Source of the DNA: Prasinococcaceae sp. CCMP 1430
Lineage: Eukaryota; Plantae; Prasinodermophyta
Assembly (NCBI GenBank): GCA_013416795.1
Contig: RQSC01000010.1
Location: 235,437-299,436 of the forward strand
Reading direction: 5' to 3'
Length of the DNA: 64,000 nt
The stretch's first letter is position 1, and every line of letters begins with the position of its first letter. The position numbers were made by a program, and so were the translations under genes. Of the stretch, positions 26,951 to 38,296 are shown piece after piece. The notes under the pieces were generated by a model. That model was given only the letters and a program-made list of their open reading frames with translations, did not search any database and was not told the origin of the DNA.

Positions 26951-27227
26951 CAAGCATCTCCTATATTCTAATAATAATTATTTGCTGTCATAGAATGACA
27001 CCAATTTTAGTTCATATGTTTTATTAATATGAAAATTCTTCTTAGCTGTTTTAAAAGAAATATACTTTCTTTCTGTAAAAAGTATATCATTCTTTAAATA
27101 TATAAGAGGGACCAATAATTCGCATAAATTACATTTTCTATATATTTGGTTTATTTAATAGTTACTCTATGATCATGATATAACCTATACATATATAACG
27201 AATGCTTTAGTTTAAGGAAACAAAATT

Positions 27228-28757
27228 ATGAAATTAGCTTATTGGATGTATATGGGGCCAGCTCATATTGGGACATTACGCATTGTTAGCTCATTTAAAA
27301 ATATGCATGCTTTAATGCATGCCCCATTAGGTGATGATTATTTTAATGTTATGAATTCAATGTTAGAACGTGAACGTGATTTTACACCAGTTACTACTAG
27401 CGTCGTAAATCGCCATGTTCTTGCTCAAGGTTCCCAAGACCGTGTTTTAAATAATATTTGTAGAAAAGATCGTGAAGAAAGTCCAGATTTAATTGTCGTA
27501 ACCCCTACGTGTACCTCAAGTATTTTACAAGAAGATTTAAAAAATTTTATTGAACGTGCATCAATTTCAACTTCATCAAATATCTTATTAGCAGATGTAA
27601 ATCATTATCGTATTAATGAATTTCAAGCAGTTGATAAAACATTACAGCAAATTGTTGAATATTTTTGTAATTCAGAAACTATTTCATCAGTTGAAAAAAC
27701 TGAGGAGCCGTCGGTTAATTTAATTGGATTTGTTGCCCTTGGGTTTCATTCAACACATGACTATCAAGAATTACAACGAATTTTAAAATCTTTAAATATT
27801 AAAATTAATGTTATTTTACCTGAAAAATGTACAGTAGAACAGTTAAAAACATTGCCAAAGGCGTGGTTTAATATTGTTCCTTACCGTGAGGTTGGTTTGA
27901 TGACGGCCAAATATTTAGAAAGAAATTGGAATATGCCTTATGTTTCAACGATCCCATTAGGGCTAGTTGAAACAGGTAAATGGGTAAAAAATATCGAATC
28001 ATTATTAAATACTTCGTCTTTATGTAAATCCAAGGTTAATTTTACTTCTTTTGTTCAAAAACAAACTTTTTTTATCTCACAAGCTGCTTGGTTTTCGCGC
28101 TCAATTGATTGCCAAAATTTAACAGGAAAAAGGGCTGTGGTTTTTGGTGATGCAACTCATGCTTCTACAATAACCAAAGTTCTAGCTCGTGAGATGGGGA
28201 TTTTTGTCGCTTGTTCTGGTACATATTGTATTCATGATAATTTATGGTTTACTGAACAAATTCAAGGTTTCTGTGATGAAATTATTATTACAAATGATCA
28301 TGCACAAATTTGTGAAATGATTGAACGTATTGATCCAACAGCAATTTTTGGTACTCAAATGGAACGTCATGTTGGAAAACGATTAAATATTCCATGTGGG
28401 GTGATTTCATCACCTGTTCATATTCAAAATTTCTCTCTTGGTTATAGACCATTTTTAGGGTATGAAGGAACAAATCAAATTGCAGATATTGTTTATAATT
28501 CTTTCACATTAGGAATGGAAGATCATTTATTAGAGATCTTTGGTGGTCATGATACAAAACTAACTAGTCCGGTTACTTCTGAAACAGATATTAAATGGGA
28601 TTCGGAGGCACAAGAAGAGTTAAACCACATTCCAGGATTTGTTCGTAAAAAAGTTCAAATAAATACTGAGCGTTATGCGAAAACTTTAGGAGTAAATTTA
28701 ATTACACTTGATACTTTTTATTCTGCAAAAGAAAATTTAGAATCTCAAAAATCGTAA
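27228..28757 (+). CDS. chlB: Light-independent protochlorophyllide reductase subunit B
   Basis: [27 protein letters not shown]-terminal PCP_red domain ([17 protein letters not shown]). Confidence 0.98.
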   Translation: MKLAYWMYMGPAHIGTLRIVSSFKNMHALMHAPLGDDYFNVMNSMLERERDFTPVTTSVVNRHVLAQGSQDRVLNNICRKDREESPDLIVVTPTCTSSILQEDLKNFIERASISTSSNILLADVNHYRINEFQAVDKTLQQIVEYFCNSETISSVEKTEEPSVNLIGFVALGFHSTHDYQELQRILKSLNIKINVILPEKCTVEQLKTLPKAWFNIVPYREVGLMTAKYLERNWNMPYVSTIPLGLVETGKWVKNIESLLNTSSLCKSKVNFTSFVQKQTFFISQAAWFSRSIDCQNLTGKRAVVFGDATHASTITKVLAREMGIFVACSGTYCIHDNLWFTEQIQGFCDEIIITNDHAQICEMIERIDPTAIFGTQMERHVGKRLNIPCGVISSPVHIQNFSLGYRPFLGYEGTNQIADIVYNSFTLGMEDHLLEIFGGHDTKLTSPVTSETDIKWDSEAQEELNHIPGFVRKKVQINTERYAKTLGVNLITLDTFYSAKENLESQKS

Positions 28758-28862
28758 TTTTTTATATTATTTTCTTATCAAATTTTATGTAGAAAACTTT
28801 ATTTGAGTCTTTTTTTTTGTTATACTATATTTAGAGAAGTATTAAATTACTTCTCTAAAGAT

Positions 28863-28934
28863 GCCACGGTCGCCTAAGGGATGGGCATCAACCTTCTAAG
28901 TTGTCGTGTGTAGGTTCGAATCCTATCCGTGGTA
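28863..28934 (+). tRNA. trnR: tRNA-Arg(UCU)
   Basis: Cloverleaf, anticodon loop CTTCTAA. Confidence 0.88.
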
Positions 28935-28994
28935 ATGCTTTTTTATATTGGACGTTTTGAATATTTTATGGTATAATAAAAGTATAAATAAAGT

Positions 28995-29070
28995 GGCGGG
29001 CGTCGCCAAGTGGTAAGGCAATGGATTGTGACTCCATTATTCGCGGGTTCGATCCCCGTCGTTCGCCCCA
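28995..29070 (+). tRNA. trnH: tRNA-His(GUG), including encoded G-1 and 3' CCA
   Basis: Anticodon loop TTGTGAC; G at 28995, C73 at 29067, CCA at 29068-29070. Confidence 0.94.
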
Positions 29071-29096
29071 TTTTCGTTGTTTTTTTTTGTATTAAT

Positions 29097-29465
29097 ATGA
29101 AAAGAATTTTTTTTTTCAATTCGTTTTATTATTTACAATTAATATCTATTATTATTTTGATCAGTAGTTTATTTACGTGTAAACTTTATATAAGTAGTCA
29201 AACGCAAATTAAAAAAGCCTATTTACGATTAGAAACGCTTAATCATTATTCACATTTTTTAATGCTTGAAGCTAATTTAGTTGAATTTAAGAATTTAAAT
29301 ATGTCTAAAGCTAGTAATTTATATTCTTTTTATTGGGCTGAGTATAACACGATTCCCTTATTACCCGTATCTGAGAAAACTACTAAACCTTTTAGCAGCT
29401 TAACAAAAGATTTTGACCGAACTCATAATCAATATTCAATGTATGTATGGCCGCTATTTAATTAA
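29097..29465 (+). CDS. 122-aa single-TM ORF, FtsL-like candidate
   Basis: ATG 29097; short N-terminus, one hydrophobic helix, then heptad-like segment QIKKAYLRLETLNHYSHFL; 50 bp upstream of ftsI. Confidence 0.55.
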   Translation: MKRIFFFNSFYYLQLISIIILISSLFTCKLYISSQTQIKKAYLRLETLNHYSHFLMLEANLVEFKNLNMSKASNLYSFYWAEYNTIPLLPVSEKTTKPFSSLTKDFDRTHNQYSMYVWPLFN

Positions 29466-29515
29466 TAAAGTAATTTGTAATGTTAAAGTAAATAAAAAAA
29501 TTTCTACTCATTATT

Positions 29516-31192
29516 ATGAGGACTATTTTTTATAATCGCTTTCAATTTTTATCGTATTTTTTTTTTTCTTGTTATCTAATAATTGTTTTTCGTCTTTTTA
29601 GTCTTACTTTTTTTTCGAAATTAACACAACAAATTTCTCAACCATCTGGGTTACCTAAAAAAGCTTTCTCTCGTCGTATTATCTGTGATACTTATAAAAT
29701 TCCTTTGGCTTTTGATCAATCGACGTATGATATTTATGTATATCCAGCGGCAGCGAATGGACATTTTTTAGAAATTAGTCGTAAATTAGCACCGGTTTTG
29801 GAATGTCAACCATTAGCTTTATATGATTTTTTATCACGTCAATCTAATTATACGCCACTAATTTTTAATCTACATCCCAATAAAGCGCAACGTATTAAAG
29901 CCTATAACGTTCCAGGTATTGATATTTTAGTTAAGTCTTCTCGTATTTACCCTTATAAAGAATTAGTAGCTAATTGTATTGGTTATGTTAATTCAACTAA
30001 TCAAGGTTTATCAGGGATTGAACAAAGTTGTAATTTTATTGTCCAAAATATAAGTTCAGTTTCAAATTATTCGATTATTTCAAATTTAGTTTGGTTACAG
30101 ACCTCTTTGGATATTCGTTTACAACGTCAATTTTCTTCCATTTTAAAGGAAGGCTTAGAATTAGTGTCTGCAAAGCGTGGTCTAGGTGTTGTATTAGATT
30201 GTTATTCTGGTGCGATTAAAGCTTTAAGTATTTTCCCTCAGTTTAACCCATATAAGTACACAGAAACCCCTATGGCTATTTTAAATCCATGGCCAATTTT
30301 AGAATTGTATGAACCCGGTTCTACTTTTAAACCTATTAATTTAGCCATTGCTTTAGAATCAAATGTTATTAATTCGAAAACAGTAATAGTGGATGAAGGG
30401 TGTATTAAAACAAAAAGTTCATATTTTTTTAATGCTACTTCTTCTCAAGAACAATTTATTCGTTCACAACCAAATATTTTAACATTAGAAACCTTAGTGG
30501 CTCGTTCTAGTAATATTGGTTTAATTCATATTATGAGTCGATTAAGTCCTTTAGTGTATTATAAGTGGTTAAAGTATTTAAATATTTCACCTTTGAACTC
30601 GTTTAATATGAATTTACCTTATGAAAATCACGTAAATTTACCATTTCAAAGAGAATTTATTAAAACACCAGAAACAGCTTTATTTTTTGCTTTAGGGCAT
30701 GGTTTTTCATTAACCCCATTTCAGTTACTTCATATTTATACAAGCTTATTTAATCAGGGAAAACCAGTACAACCATTTTTAGTTAAAAAATTTGTATTAG
30801 CTCCTAATACTTTTTTAAAGACTTCTTCAAATTTGGACCAACAAAGTTTCCACGATCAAAATCGGGTATTCTCAGTACGTACCTGTGGGTTTTTATTGCG
30901 TTTATTAGAAGAAGTAATTGAATATGGAACAGCTCAAAAAGGAGCATTTTCAGATTATCGTTTAGCGGGTAAGACTGGAACTTCTGTTTATACTTTACAA
31001 AGCAAACGTCGTTTAACTAGTTTTTTAATTGCTTATCCATCCCCGAGTCCCCAATATATTTGTTTCTTATTACTGGACTTAGATCCACGATCAAATCAAC
31101 AAAGTTCGACGACAGCGGTACCTTTACTTAAAGCACTTTTAGATATTTTAGTTCAAATTTCCTGTCTTTCCCCGGTACTATCTGCTAAATAA
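29516..31192 (+). CDS. ftsI: Class B penicillin-binding protein FtsI (PBP3)
   Basis: N-terminal [17 protein letters not shown] (SxxK), SSNIG (SxN), AGKTGT (KTG). Confidence 0.93.
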   Translation: MRTIFYNRFQFLSYFFFSCYLIIVFRLFSLTFFSKLTQQISQPSGLPKKAFSRRIICDTYKIPLAFDQSTYDIYVYPAAANGHFLEISRKLAPVLECQPLALYDFLSRQSNYTPLIFNLHPNKAQRIKAYNVPGIDILVKSSRIYPYKELVANCIGYVNSTNQGLSGIEQSCNFIVQNISSVSNYSIISNLVWLQTSLDIRLQRQFSSILKEGLELVSAKRGLGVVLDCYSGAIKALSIFPQFNPYKYTETPMAILNPWPILELYEPGSTFKPINLAIALESNVINSKTVIVDEGCIKTKSSYFFNATSSQEQFIRSQPNILTLETLVARSSNIGLIHIMSRLSPLVYYKWLKYLNISPLNSFNMNLPYENHVNLPFQREFIKTPETALFFALGHGFSLTPFQLLHIYTSLFNQGKPVQPFLVKKFVLAPNTFLKTSSNLDQQSFHDQNRVFSVRTCGFLLRLLEEVIEYGTAQKGAFSDYRLAGKTGTSVYTLQSKRRLTSFLIAYPSPSPQYICFLLLDLDPRSNQQSSTTAVPLLKALLDILVQISCLSPVLSAK

Positions 31193-31353
31193 AAAGAATT
31201 TTATTTGTAATACTAGATAAATTTTGCGTTCTTTGTTATACTATATTCTATAAAACTATACGTTGGAACATCTGTATGATTTATGTATGCTTTTTTATTA
31301 GCAACATAAATAAAAAGACAAAATCAATTTACTTATATTTTTGGAGTTATTCT

Positions 31354-31778
<425 letters not shown>

Positions 31779-31813
31779 ACATATAAAATTTTATTTACAG
31801 GAGTATATAATCT

Positions 31814-31930
31814 ATGTCTGGACCGAATCCAAATAAGCAAGTTGTTGAGCTTAACCGAACTAGTCTTTATTGGGGACTACTTTGTATTTTCGTTTTAGGT
31901 ATTTTATTCTCAAGTTATTTCTTTAACTAA
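31814..31930 (+). CDS. psbL: Photosystem II PsbL
   Basis: [38 protein letters not shown]. Confidence 0.97.
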   Translation: MSGPNPNKQVVELNRTSLYWGLLCIFVLGILFSSYFFN

Positions 31931-32031
31931 TGAAGTTAAGATATTTAAAAAAGTAAACAGCTTTATAAAAAAATAAGTATACTTATTTTTTCTTTATTAC
32001 AAAATAAAAATAACAAACAGGAGAAGGAAAT

Positions 32032-32160
32032 ATGGCAAATACTGGTACAACGGGACGAATCCCATTATGGCTTGTTGGTACGGCTGCAGGACTAGCAGCA
32101 ATTACACTTGCGGGTGTCTTCTTTTATGGTTCGTACACTGGACTAGGTTCTTCGTTATAA
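32032..32160 (+). CDS. psbJ: Photosystem II PsbJ
   Basis: [17 protein letters not shown]...[13 protein letters not shown]. Confidence 0.97.
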   Translation: MANTGTTGRIPLWLVGTAAGLAAITLAGVFFYGSYTGLGSSL

Positions 32161-32323
32161 ATCTATATTATTTAGGTGTAAACGTTTTTTGACCCTAGAC
32201 TATTCGTGGACAAATACTTAGTGTTTTGACTTATCAAAACACTAAGTATTTTTTTAATTTAATAAATTTTATTAATTTAAGATACATTAAATTACTTTAA
32301 TGTACCTTAAAAAAAAATCATTT

Positions 32324-32980
32324 TTATAGTTTACGTGAATAAAATTCAACAACTAAAAGCTCATTAATATTTAATAACACTGAAGAGCGTGCTGCAAATC
32401 CTAAAACCGTTCCTTTATTGGTTTGATCATCCCAACTAAGGTGCGTTTGAGAGTTATTAATTTTAATAGCTCCGCCATTATTTTCTTTAGCAGTTTGTAA
32501 AAATTTATCAGTTAAAAAACTAATATTTTCACCTGGTTGACATTGGTAACTTGGAATCGTTACTTTTTTACCATTAACACGAATATGCCCGTGATTAATT
32601 AATTGACGTGCGCTTGGAATTGTTGGAGCTAAACCAAAATTAAAGACAATCGTGTCTAAACGCATTTCTAATTGTTGTAATAATGCAAAACCAGTTGCTT
32701 CTTTTGAACGTAAAGCAACTTTTACATATTGCACTAACTGTTTTTCAGTAATCCCATAATTATAACGTAACTTTTGCTTTTCTAATAGACGTTGGCCATA
32801 ATCAGAACGCTTTTTACGAACAAGCATAGCACCATGTTGACCAGGTCCTACTTGTTTTTTGGGTACTTTTGTTGAAAATCCTGGAAGAATTTGTCCATTT
32901 CCAGTTGTAGTTTGTGAACGATTAGCTCGTTCGATAAATTTACGTAAAACTTTTACTCGAGGACCTCGATAACGTGACAT
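32324..32980 (-). CDS. rps4: Ribosomal protein S4
   Basis: [34 protein letters not shown]. Confidence 0.97.
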   Translation of the reverse strand: MSRYRGPRVKVLRKFIERANRSQTTTGNGQILPGFSTKVPKKQVGPGQHGAMLVRKKRSDYGQRLLEKQKLRYNYGITEKQLVQYVKVALRSKEATGFALLQQLEMRLDTIVFNFGLAPTIPSARQLINHGHIRVNGKKVTIPSYQCQPGENISFLTDKFLQTAKENNGGAIKINNSQTHLSWDDQTNKGTVLGFAARSSVLLNINELLVVEFYSRKL

Positions 32981-33061
32981 ATAATTAATTGTTTATGTTT
33001 CATACCTAGTAAATCATCTATTTTTAAACTAGTTTAATTATACCATAAATATTTGTATAAT

Positions 33062-34276
33062 TTATTTTACATTTGGTTTATTTGGGTAATATATTTTTGT
33101 TGGAAATGAACTCATATATTTTTCTGGACGAGTCATTGTTTCCTGTAAAAATTGAGCATTTAATAAAGATGTTTTTGTTTTTACTTCAGGAAGAAAATAT
33201 GAGAATTTTAGGAATCCAGCATGAGTTTTAGATTCATAAAACTTTTTAACTGCATAACTACGTCCTTCACTCAAACTTTTATTTTTAGAATCTTGCGAGT
33301 TATCTGTTTGTCCTTGACGGTCATATAAATATAATACACGAACGAAACCATTTAACCACATCGGTTTACTCGCACGTGAGTTTTGATGCCAAATACGGCT
33401 CGAATTTGTACGAACTGGGTTATCAGCATAAATATTATATAATTGACCATTAATTAGTGGATAAATATTTTGTAACTCTTCACGTTTCTTTTCAAATTTG
33501 GACCCAGTTTTTCGATTTTGTTTTACTGTTGTCCATGGGTTTGATTGGCGTTTCTTTAACATATAAAGTTTAACTTTTCTATAAGGCATTAAACGTGATA
33601 AAGATTTTCCAACTTTTCTTTCAGGTTTTGGTTTATATAAATTTTTTGGTGTAAAGAAAAATGTATGACTACTACGCCATGGGTAACGTCCAAAAGTATA
33701 AAGTAATAAACTAATACTTAAGATACGAATTCCAAGTTCAATATTTTTCAGAATACTTGTTGAACTTAACATTGGGAATAATACATTAATAAATTCACTC
33801 CCTAAAAGCAGTATGATATTAAAAGAATAATTAATAATAAAGCCACTACCTGCAATTTGTAAAAATGTTATAATGTTAGCTTCATTTGTATTCGTTAAAA
33901 ATAGAAAACGCGAGCTTTCTAAAAAAACCATTGGATTTGCTAATGTTAAGAATCCAAATAATAATAGATTTTCTATTCCTTTAGTAATAGAAAAAGTATT
34001 TTGTTTTTGTAGGGGTTGTTTTAGAATATATCCACAAACAATAAGACTTAATAAAAATAAAATAGGTAAAGATTGTAACCAAGACTCTAAAAAAGGGACC
34101 CAACCAAGGGAAACACTTAGATATAATAAGATTTGACTACAAGCAATTCCAATATAACAGAAAATTACTTGTGTTGAGCCAATAATAAAACTATAATAAA
34201 GGGCTAATAACCCAATAATCGAGATTGGACTCGTTAAATAAATATTGCTGAAAATAATTTCAATTGGGTTTATCAT
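33062..34276 (-). CDS. ycf1: Probable short Ycf1 (Tic214-like)
   Basis: About six N-terminal TM helices resembling the algal Ycf1 membrane domain (SQILLYLSVSLGWVPFLESWLQSLP), then a basic hydrophilic tail. Confidence 0.55.
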   Translation of the reverse strand: MINPIEIIFSNIYLTSPISIIGLLALYYSFIIGSTQVIFCYIGIACSQILLYLSVSLGWVPFLESWLQSLPILFLLSLIVCGYILKQPLQKQNTFSITKGIENLLLFGFLTLANPMVFLESSRFLFLTNTNEANIITFLQIAGSGFIINYSFNIILLLGSEFINVLFPMLSSTSILKNIELGIRILSISLLLYTFGRYPWRSSHTFFFTPKNLYKPKPERKVGKSLSRLMPYRKVKLYMLKKRQSNPWTTVKQNRKTGSKFEKKREELQNIYPLINGQLYNIYADNPVRTNSSRIWHQNSRASKPMWLNGFVRVLYLYDRQGQTDNSQDSKNKSLSEGRSYAVKKFYESKTHAGFLKFSYFLPEVKTKTSLLNAQFLQETMTRPEKYMSSFPTKIYYPNKPNVK

Positions 34277-34373
34277 ATTTAATGTTTGTAAACTATAGAT
34301 TTAGATTAATAAAAATGGTACCACAGTCTACGAAAAAAATGCAATGTGTTTTATTAGTATAAGAAAAAAGTTA

Positions 34374-34447
34374 AGCCTACTATCGGATTCGAACCGATGA
34401 CCTGCGGTTTACAAGACCGCTGCTACTACCAACTGAGCTAAGCAGGC
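34374..34447 (-). tRNA. trnT: tRNA-Thr(UGU)
   Basis: Anticodon loop CTTGTAA; D-arm carries one extra nucleotide. Confidence 0.88.
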
Positions 34448-34588
34448 ATTTTTATTACTTAAATATATAATACCATAATTTACTCTTTTACGTCTATATA
34501 ATTCTCCTTACTCTTTTGATTTATAATTGACTTTTTACAAGTCATTTGTTATAATTTTAATTATAAAATTATAGTAATAGTATTTTCT

Positions 34589-34927
34589 ATGAGTAGAGTT
34601 AAACGCGGAGCAACTAAACGCAAACGACATAAGAAGATTTTATCCTTAGCTAAAGGTGCTCAAGGATCACGATCTGTTTTATTTCGTACAGCTAATCAAC
34701 AAGTAATGCATTCTTTAAAATATGGTTATACACACCGCGCATTAAAGAAACGCATGTATCGTCAATTATGGATTACACGTATTAATGCAATTGTACGCCA
34801 GAATTCTGGTAAATATAGTACATTTATGCATTCATTACGATCAAAAAATATTGTTTTAAACCGTAAAATGTTATCACAATTAGCGGTTTTTGATAAAAAA
34901 GTTTTTTTATTATTATGTGAAGAATAA
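34589..34927 (+). CDS. rpl20: Ribosomal protein L20
   Basis: MSRVKRG, YRQLWITRINA, LNRKMLSQLA. Confidence 0.97.
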   Translation: MSRVKRGATKRKRHKKILSLAKGAQGSRSVLFRTANQQVMHSLKYGYTHRALKKRMYRQLWITRINAIVRQNSGKYSTFMHSLRSKNIVLNRKMLSQLAVFDKKVFLLLCEE

Positions 34928-35006
34928 TATACTATCTTAAAAGATAGTATATTATTTATCAAATAAATTTTTCTTAATAATGGTTTAGACCTATGAAAAG
35001 AGTTTC

Positions 35007-35354
35007 TTAAAAAATTTGTTTTAAACGAGCTGCTTTTCCTTGGCGTTCACGAAGATAATATAATTTTGCGCGACGTACACGTGCTGATTGAATAATTTTT
35101 AAACCAGCAATACGTGGTGAGAATGGTAAAATTACACGTTCAATTCCTACACCTTGAAATGTTTTGCGCACTGTCATAGTTGTATTATAACCTGCGTTAT
35201 GCTTTGCAATAACAGTCCCTTCAAATTGTTGAATTCGTTCTCGCTCGCCTTCACGAATCTTCGTATCGATTTTAATAGTATCACCAATTTGTACGTTTAA
35301 ACGTTCATTTAGTTTTTCATCGATTGGTGATAACGAAATTTTGTTTAGTAGCAT
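35007..35354 (-). CDS. rpl19: Ribosomal protein L19
   Basis: EGERERIQQFEGTVI, VRRAKLYYLRER. Confidence 0.97.
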   Translation of the reverse strand: MLLNKISLSPIDEKLNERLNVQIGDTIKIDTKIREGERERIQQFEGTVIAKHNAGYNTTMTVRKTFQGVGIERVILPFSPRIAGLKIIQSARVRRAKLYYLRERQGKAARLKQIF

Positions 35355-35416
35355 AATAAAGTTTTTTATATCAATATTTTAGGGATTACGATAACCCCTA
35401 AAATATTAATAATTTT

Positions 35417-36646
35417 TTATTTTGTAATTTTTGAAACTACACCAGCTCCTACTGTTCGACCACCTTCACGGATTGCAAAACGCATTCCATTTTCAATAGC
35501 AATAGGTTGAATTAATTCAACATCCATTTTAATTCGATCACCAGGCATAACCATTTCTGTTGCACTTCCATCATCAGCTGTGAAAGCAGTAATCTTTCCA
35601 GTTACGTCAGTTGTACGTACATAGAATTGTGGTCGGTAACCTGTAAAGAATGGAGTATGACGTCCTCCTTCTTCTTTAGTTAAAATATATACTTGTGATT
35701 CAAACTCAGTATGTGGCGTAATTGAACCTGGTTGAGCAAGAACCATACCACGTTCAATATCTTCTTTTTGAACACCACGAACTAGAACTCCTACGTTATC
35801 TCCAGCAAAAGCTTCATCTAGAGTTTTTTGGAACATTTCTAGACCTGTTACAGTTGTTTCACGAGTTTCGCGTAGACCTACTAGTTCTACTGTGTCACCA
35901 ACTTTAACAATACCACGTTCAATACGTCCAGTTGCTACAGTACCACGTCCAGTAATTGAGAATACATCTTCAATTGCCATTAGAAAAGACTTATCTGTCT
36001 CACGCTCTGGTGTTGGTACATATTCGTCTACTGAATCCATTAGTGCATAAATTTTATCTACCCACTTACTTTCACCAGCTTTAATTTCAGGGTTTTCAGT
36101 AACGGCTTGTAGTGCTAATAATGCTGATCCAGATGTTAAAGGAATATCATCACCTGGGAAATCATATTCGCTTAATGTTTCACGAATTTCTAATTCTACT
36201 AATTCTAGTAGTTCCTCATCATCAACTTGATCTTCTTTGTTTAAAAAGACTACAATGTTTGGAACTCCAACTTGCTTTGCTAATAGAATATGCTCTTTTG
36301 TTTGTGGCATTGGACCATCTGCACCAGATACAACTAGAATTGCTCCATCCATCTGCGCAGCACCTGTAATCATGTTTTTAACATAATCTGCGTGTCCTGG
36401 ACAATCTACATGAGCATAGTGACGTGTCTCAGTTTCGTATTCTACGTGAGCTGTATTAATAGTAATTCCACGTGCCTTTTCTTCTGGAGCACCATCAATT
36501 TCATCATAACGTTTAGCAGCTGCATTTCCGCGTGCTGCTAAAGCCATTGTAATAGCTGCTGTTAATGTTGTTTTTCCGTGGTCAACGTGACCAATTGTTC
36601 CAATATTTACGTGTGGTTTCGTACGTTCAAATTTTTCGCGTGCCAT
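35417..36646 (-). CDS. tufA: Elongation factor Tu
   Basis: [24 protein letters not shown]. Confidence 0.99.
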   Translation of the reverse strand: MAREKFERTKPHVNIGTIGHVDHGKTTLTAAITMALAARGNAAAKRYDEIDGAPEEKARGITINTAHVEYETETRHYAHVDCPGHADYVKNMITGAAQMDGAILVVSGADGPMPQTKEHILLAKQVGVPNIVVFLNKEDQVDDEELLELVELEIRETLSEYDFPGDDIPLTSGSALLALQAVTENPEIKAGESKWVDKIYALMDSVDEYVPTPERETDKSFLMAIEDVFSITGRGTVATGRIERGIVKVGDTVELVGLRETRETTVTGLEMFQKTLDEAFAGDNVGVLVRGVQKEDIERGMVLAQPGSITPHTEFESQVYILTKEEGGRHTPFFTGYRPQFYVRTTDVTGKITAFTADDGSATEMVMPGDRIKMDVELIQPIAIENGMRFAIREGGRTVGAGVVSKITK

Positions 36647-36776
36647 AAGCTAAATATTTTAAGATTTTTGCAACCAATAATAATTGCAAAGTAAAAGATA
36701 ATTAAAGTAGAATTGTAATCAAAAATTTCTGTTTCTATTAATATAAAATATAATGAAACAAATTATACGAATGTAG

Positions 36777-37247
36777 TTAACTCTTAAAATGTGCAAAAGC
36801 TTTATTTGCTTCAGCCATTCGGTGAACTTCTTCTTTCTTCTTAATAGCTGAGCCTAAAGATTGAGAAGCATCAATAATTTCTTGTGCTAGTTTTTCTGAA
36901 AAACTAAAAGCATTACGGCTTTGTGCTCCTTGTAATAACCATTTAACAGCAAGAGTTGTACCACGTGAACGTTTAATTTCTTGTGGAATTTGATAAATTG
37001 ATCCCCCAATACGTCTAGATTTTACCTCCACAATTGGTGTCACATGACGTAGAGCTTTTTCTAATACTTGTAAAGGATCTTCTTGAGTGCGTGTTTCAAT
37101 AATTTGTAAAGTTGAGTAAACAATTCTCTGAGCTAATGAACGTTTACCATCCATTAAAACTCGTGAGATTAACATTGAAACAACAGTGCTTCGGTAAACC
37201 GCATCAGGTTTAATCGATTTAGAAATATTTTTTTTGCGTCGAGACAT
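36777..37247 (-). CDS. rps7: Ribosomal protein S7
   Basis: EVKSRRIGGSIYQIP, HRMAEANKAFAH. Confidence 0.97.
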   Translation of the reverse strand: MSRRKKNISKSIKPDAVYRSTVVSMLISRVLMDGKRSLAQRIVYSTLQIIETRTQEDPLQVLEKALRHVTPIVEVKSRRIGGSIYQIPQEIKRSRGTTLAVKWLLQGAQSRNAFSFSEKLAQEIIDASQSLGSAIKKKEEVHRMAEANKAFAHFKS

Positions 37248-37289
37248 AGATTAGAAAAGTTATAAAAATTTACTTAATATTGTTGAATA

Positions 37290-37658
37290 TTAAGGTTTTT
37301 TAGCCCCATATTTCGAACGGCGTTGTGTTCTATTTTTTACACCCGCTGTATCTAAGGCGCCACGTACAACATGATAGCGAACACCTGGTAAATCCTTAAC
37401 TCGCCCTCCACGCACAAGAACAACAGAGTGTTCTTGAATATTATGTCCGATTCCTGGGATATAAGCTGTTACTTCAAAACCAGAAGTTAGACGGACACGA
37501 GCAACTTTACGCAAAGCAGAGTTTGGTTTTTTCGGTGTTGTTGTATAAACACGTGTACATACGCCGCGACGTTGTGGGCAATTTACAAGTGCTGGTGATT
37601 TTGTTTTCTTTTCAATAGAAAAACGATTTTTACGAACTAATTGTTGAAATGTTGGCAT
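37290..37658 (-). CDS. rps12: Ribosomal protein S12, uninterrupted
   Basis: [22 protein letters not shown]. Confidence 0.99.
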   Translation of the reverse strand: MPTFQQLVRKNRFSIEKKTKSPALVNCPQRRGVCTRVYTTTPKKPNSALRKVARVRLTSGFEVTAYIPGIGHNIQEHSVVLVRGGRVKDLPGVRYHVVRGALDTAGVKNRTQRRSKYGAKKP

Positions 37659-37733
37659 AGAATAATAATGTATAAAGAAAAGAAAAATTCTATGTAAGCG
37701 AAAATGTATTACTAAATTTACTTTTTCTTTGGT

Positions 37734-37919
37734 TTATAGAGTATTTAAGTATTTTAATAAACGCTTGCGCTTTGCTAAGATTTGATACAGTCCACGTTCT
37801 GCAGAAAAATCTTTTGGATTTTTTTGAAGATGTGATGTTAATTCTTTAACCCGAACTGTAAAACTTTGTACTTCTTCTAATAAAAGAGTTTTTGTACGTT
37901 CTTTATTTTTAGTTGGCAT
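37734..37919 (-). CDS. rps15: Ribosomal protein S15 (N-terminally shortened)
   Basis: LTSHLQKNPKDFSAERGLYQILAKRKRLLKYL. Confidence 0.85.
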   Translation of the reverse strand: MPTKNKERTKTLLLEEVQSFTVRVKELTSHLQKNPKDFSAERGLYQILAKRKRLLKYLNTL

Positions 37920-37942
37920 ATTCGATAAACGTTTAAAAGTGT

Positions 37943-38275
37943 TTACGCTTCTGTTGAAGCCATACCAATTGACTCAATATAAATACGAGTTTGTAATTGG
38001 CGATGTCCTTGAATTTTGCGTGTTTTCTTCTTGGGACGCATTTTATAGACGCGTACCTTTTTCTTTTGAAAGTGATATAAAACTTTTGCACGCACATAAC
38101 TACCTGGAATCCAAGGTTTTCCAAAAATAGTTTCTGTTTGATATGAAAGAAGAAGTACACGTTGAAAAAATAGTTGAGCTTCAGGTTTTGATTGGGGCAC
38201 ATAGTCAATGTCATAGAATCGACCAACTTCAATTCTTAATTGATGTCCCCCAGCTTCGATAATTGCATATGTCAT
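37943..38275 (-). CDS. rpl21: Ribosomal protein L21
   Basis: MTYAIIEAGGHQLRIE, KKKTRKIQGHRQLQT. Confidence 0.93.
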   Translation of the reverse strand: MTYAIIEAGGHQLRIEVGRFYDIDYVPQSKPEAQLFFQRVLLLSYQTETIFGKPWIPGSYVRAKVLYHFQKKKVRVYKMRPKKKTRKIQGHRQLQTRIYIESIGMASTEA

Positions 38276-38296
38276 AATACAAAAAAGGGATATAAA

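Noticed and set aside
27228-28757. chlB without chlL/chlN; also no rpoB/C, clpP, ycf4, ccsA, petG, trnY in view
   Set aside because: The window covers only part of a plastome (it starts mid-petA), so absence cannot be claimed.
29010-29096. N-terminal extension of the 151-aa ORF-track call
   Set aside because: The GTG start lies inside trnH; ATG 29097 is the plausible start.
31276-31353. Upstream extensions of psbE (also psbZ 8508, psbD 19651, psbC 20642, psaB 24650)
   Set aside because: Conserved N-termini and SD positions point to the downstream starts used in the feature list.
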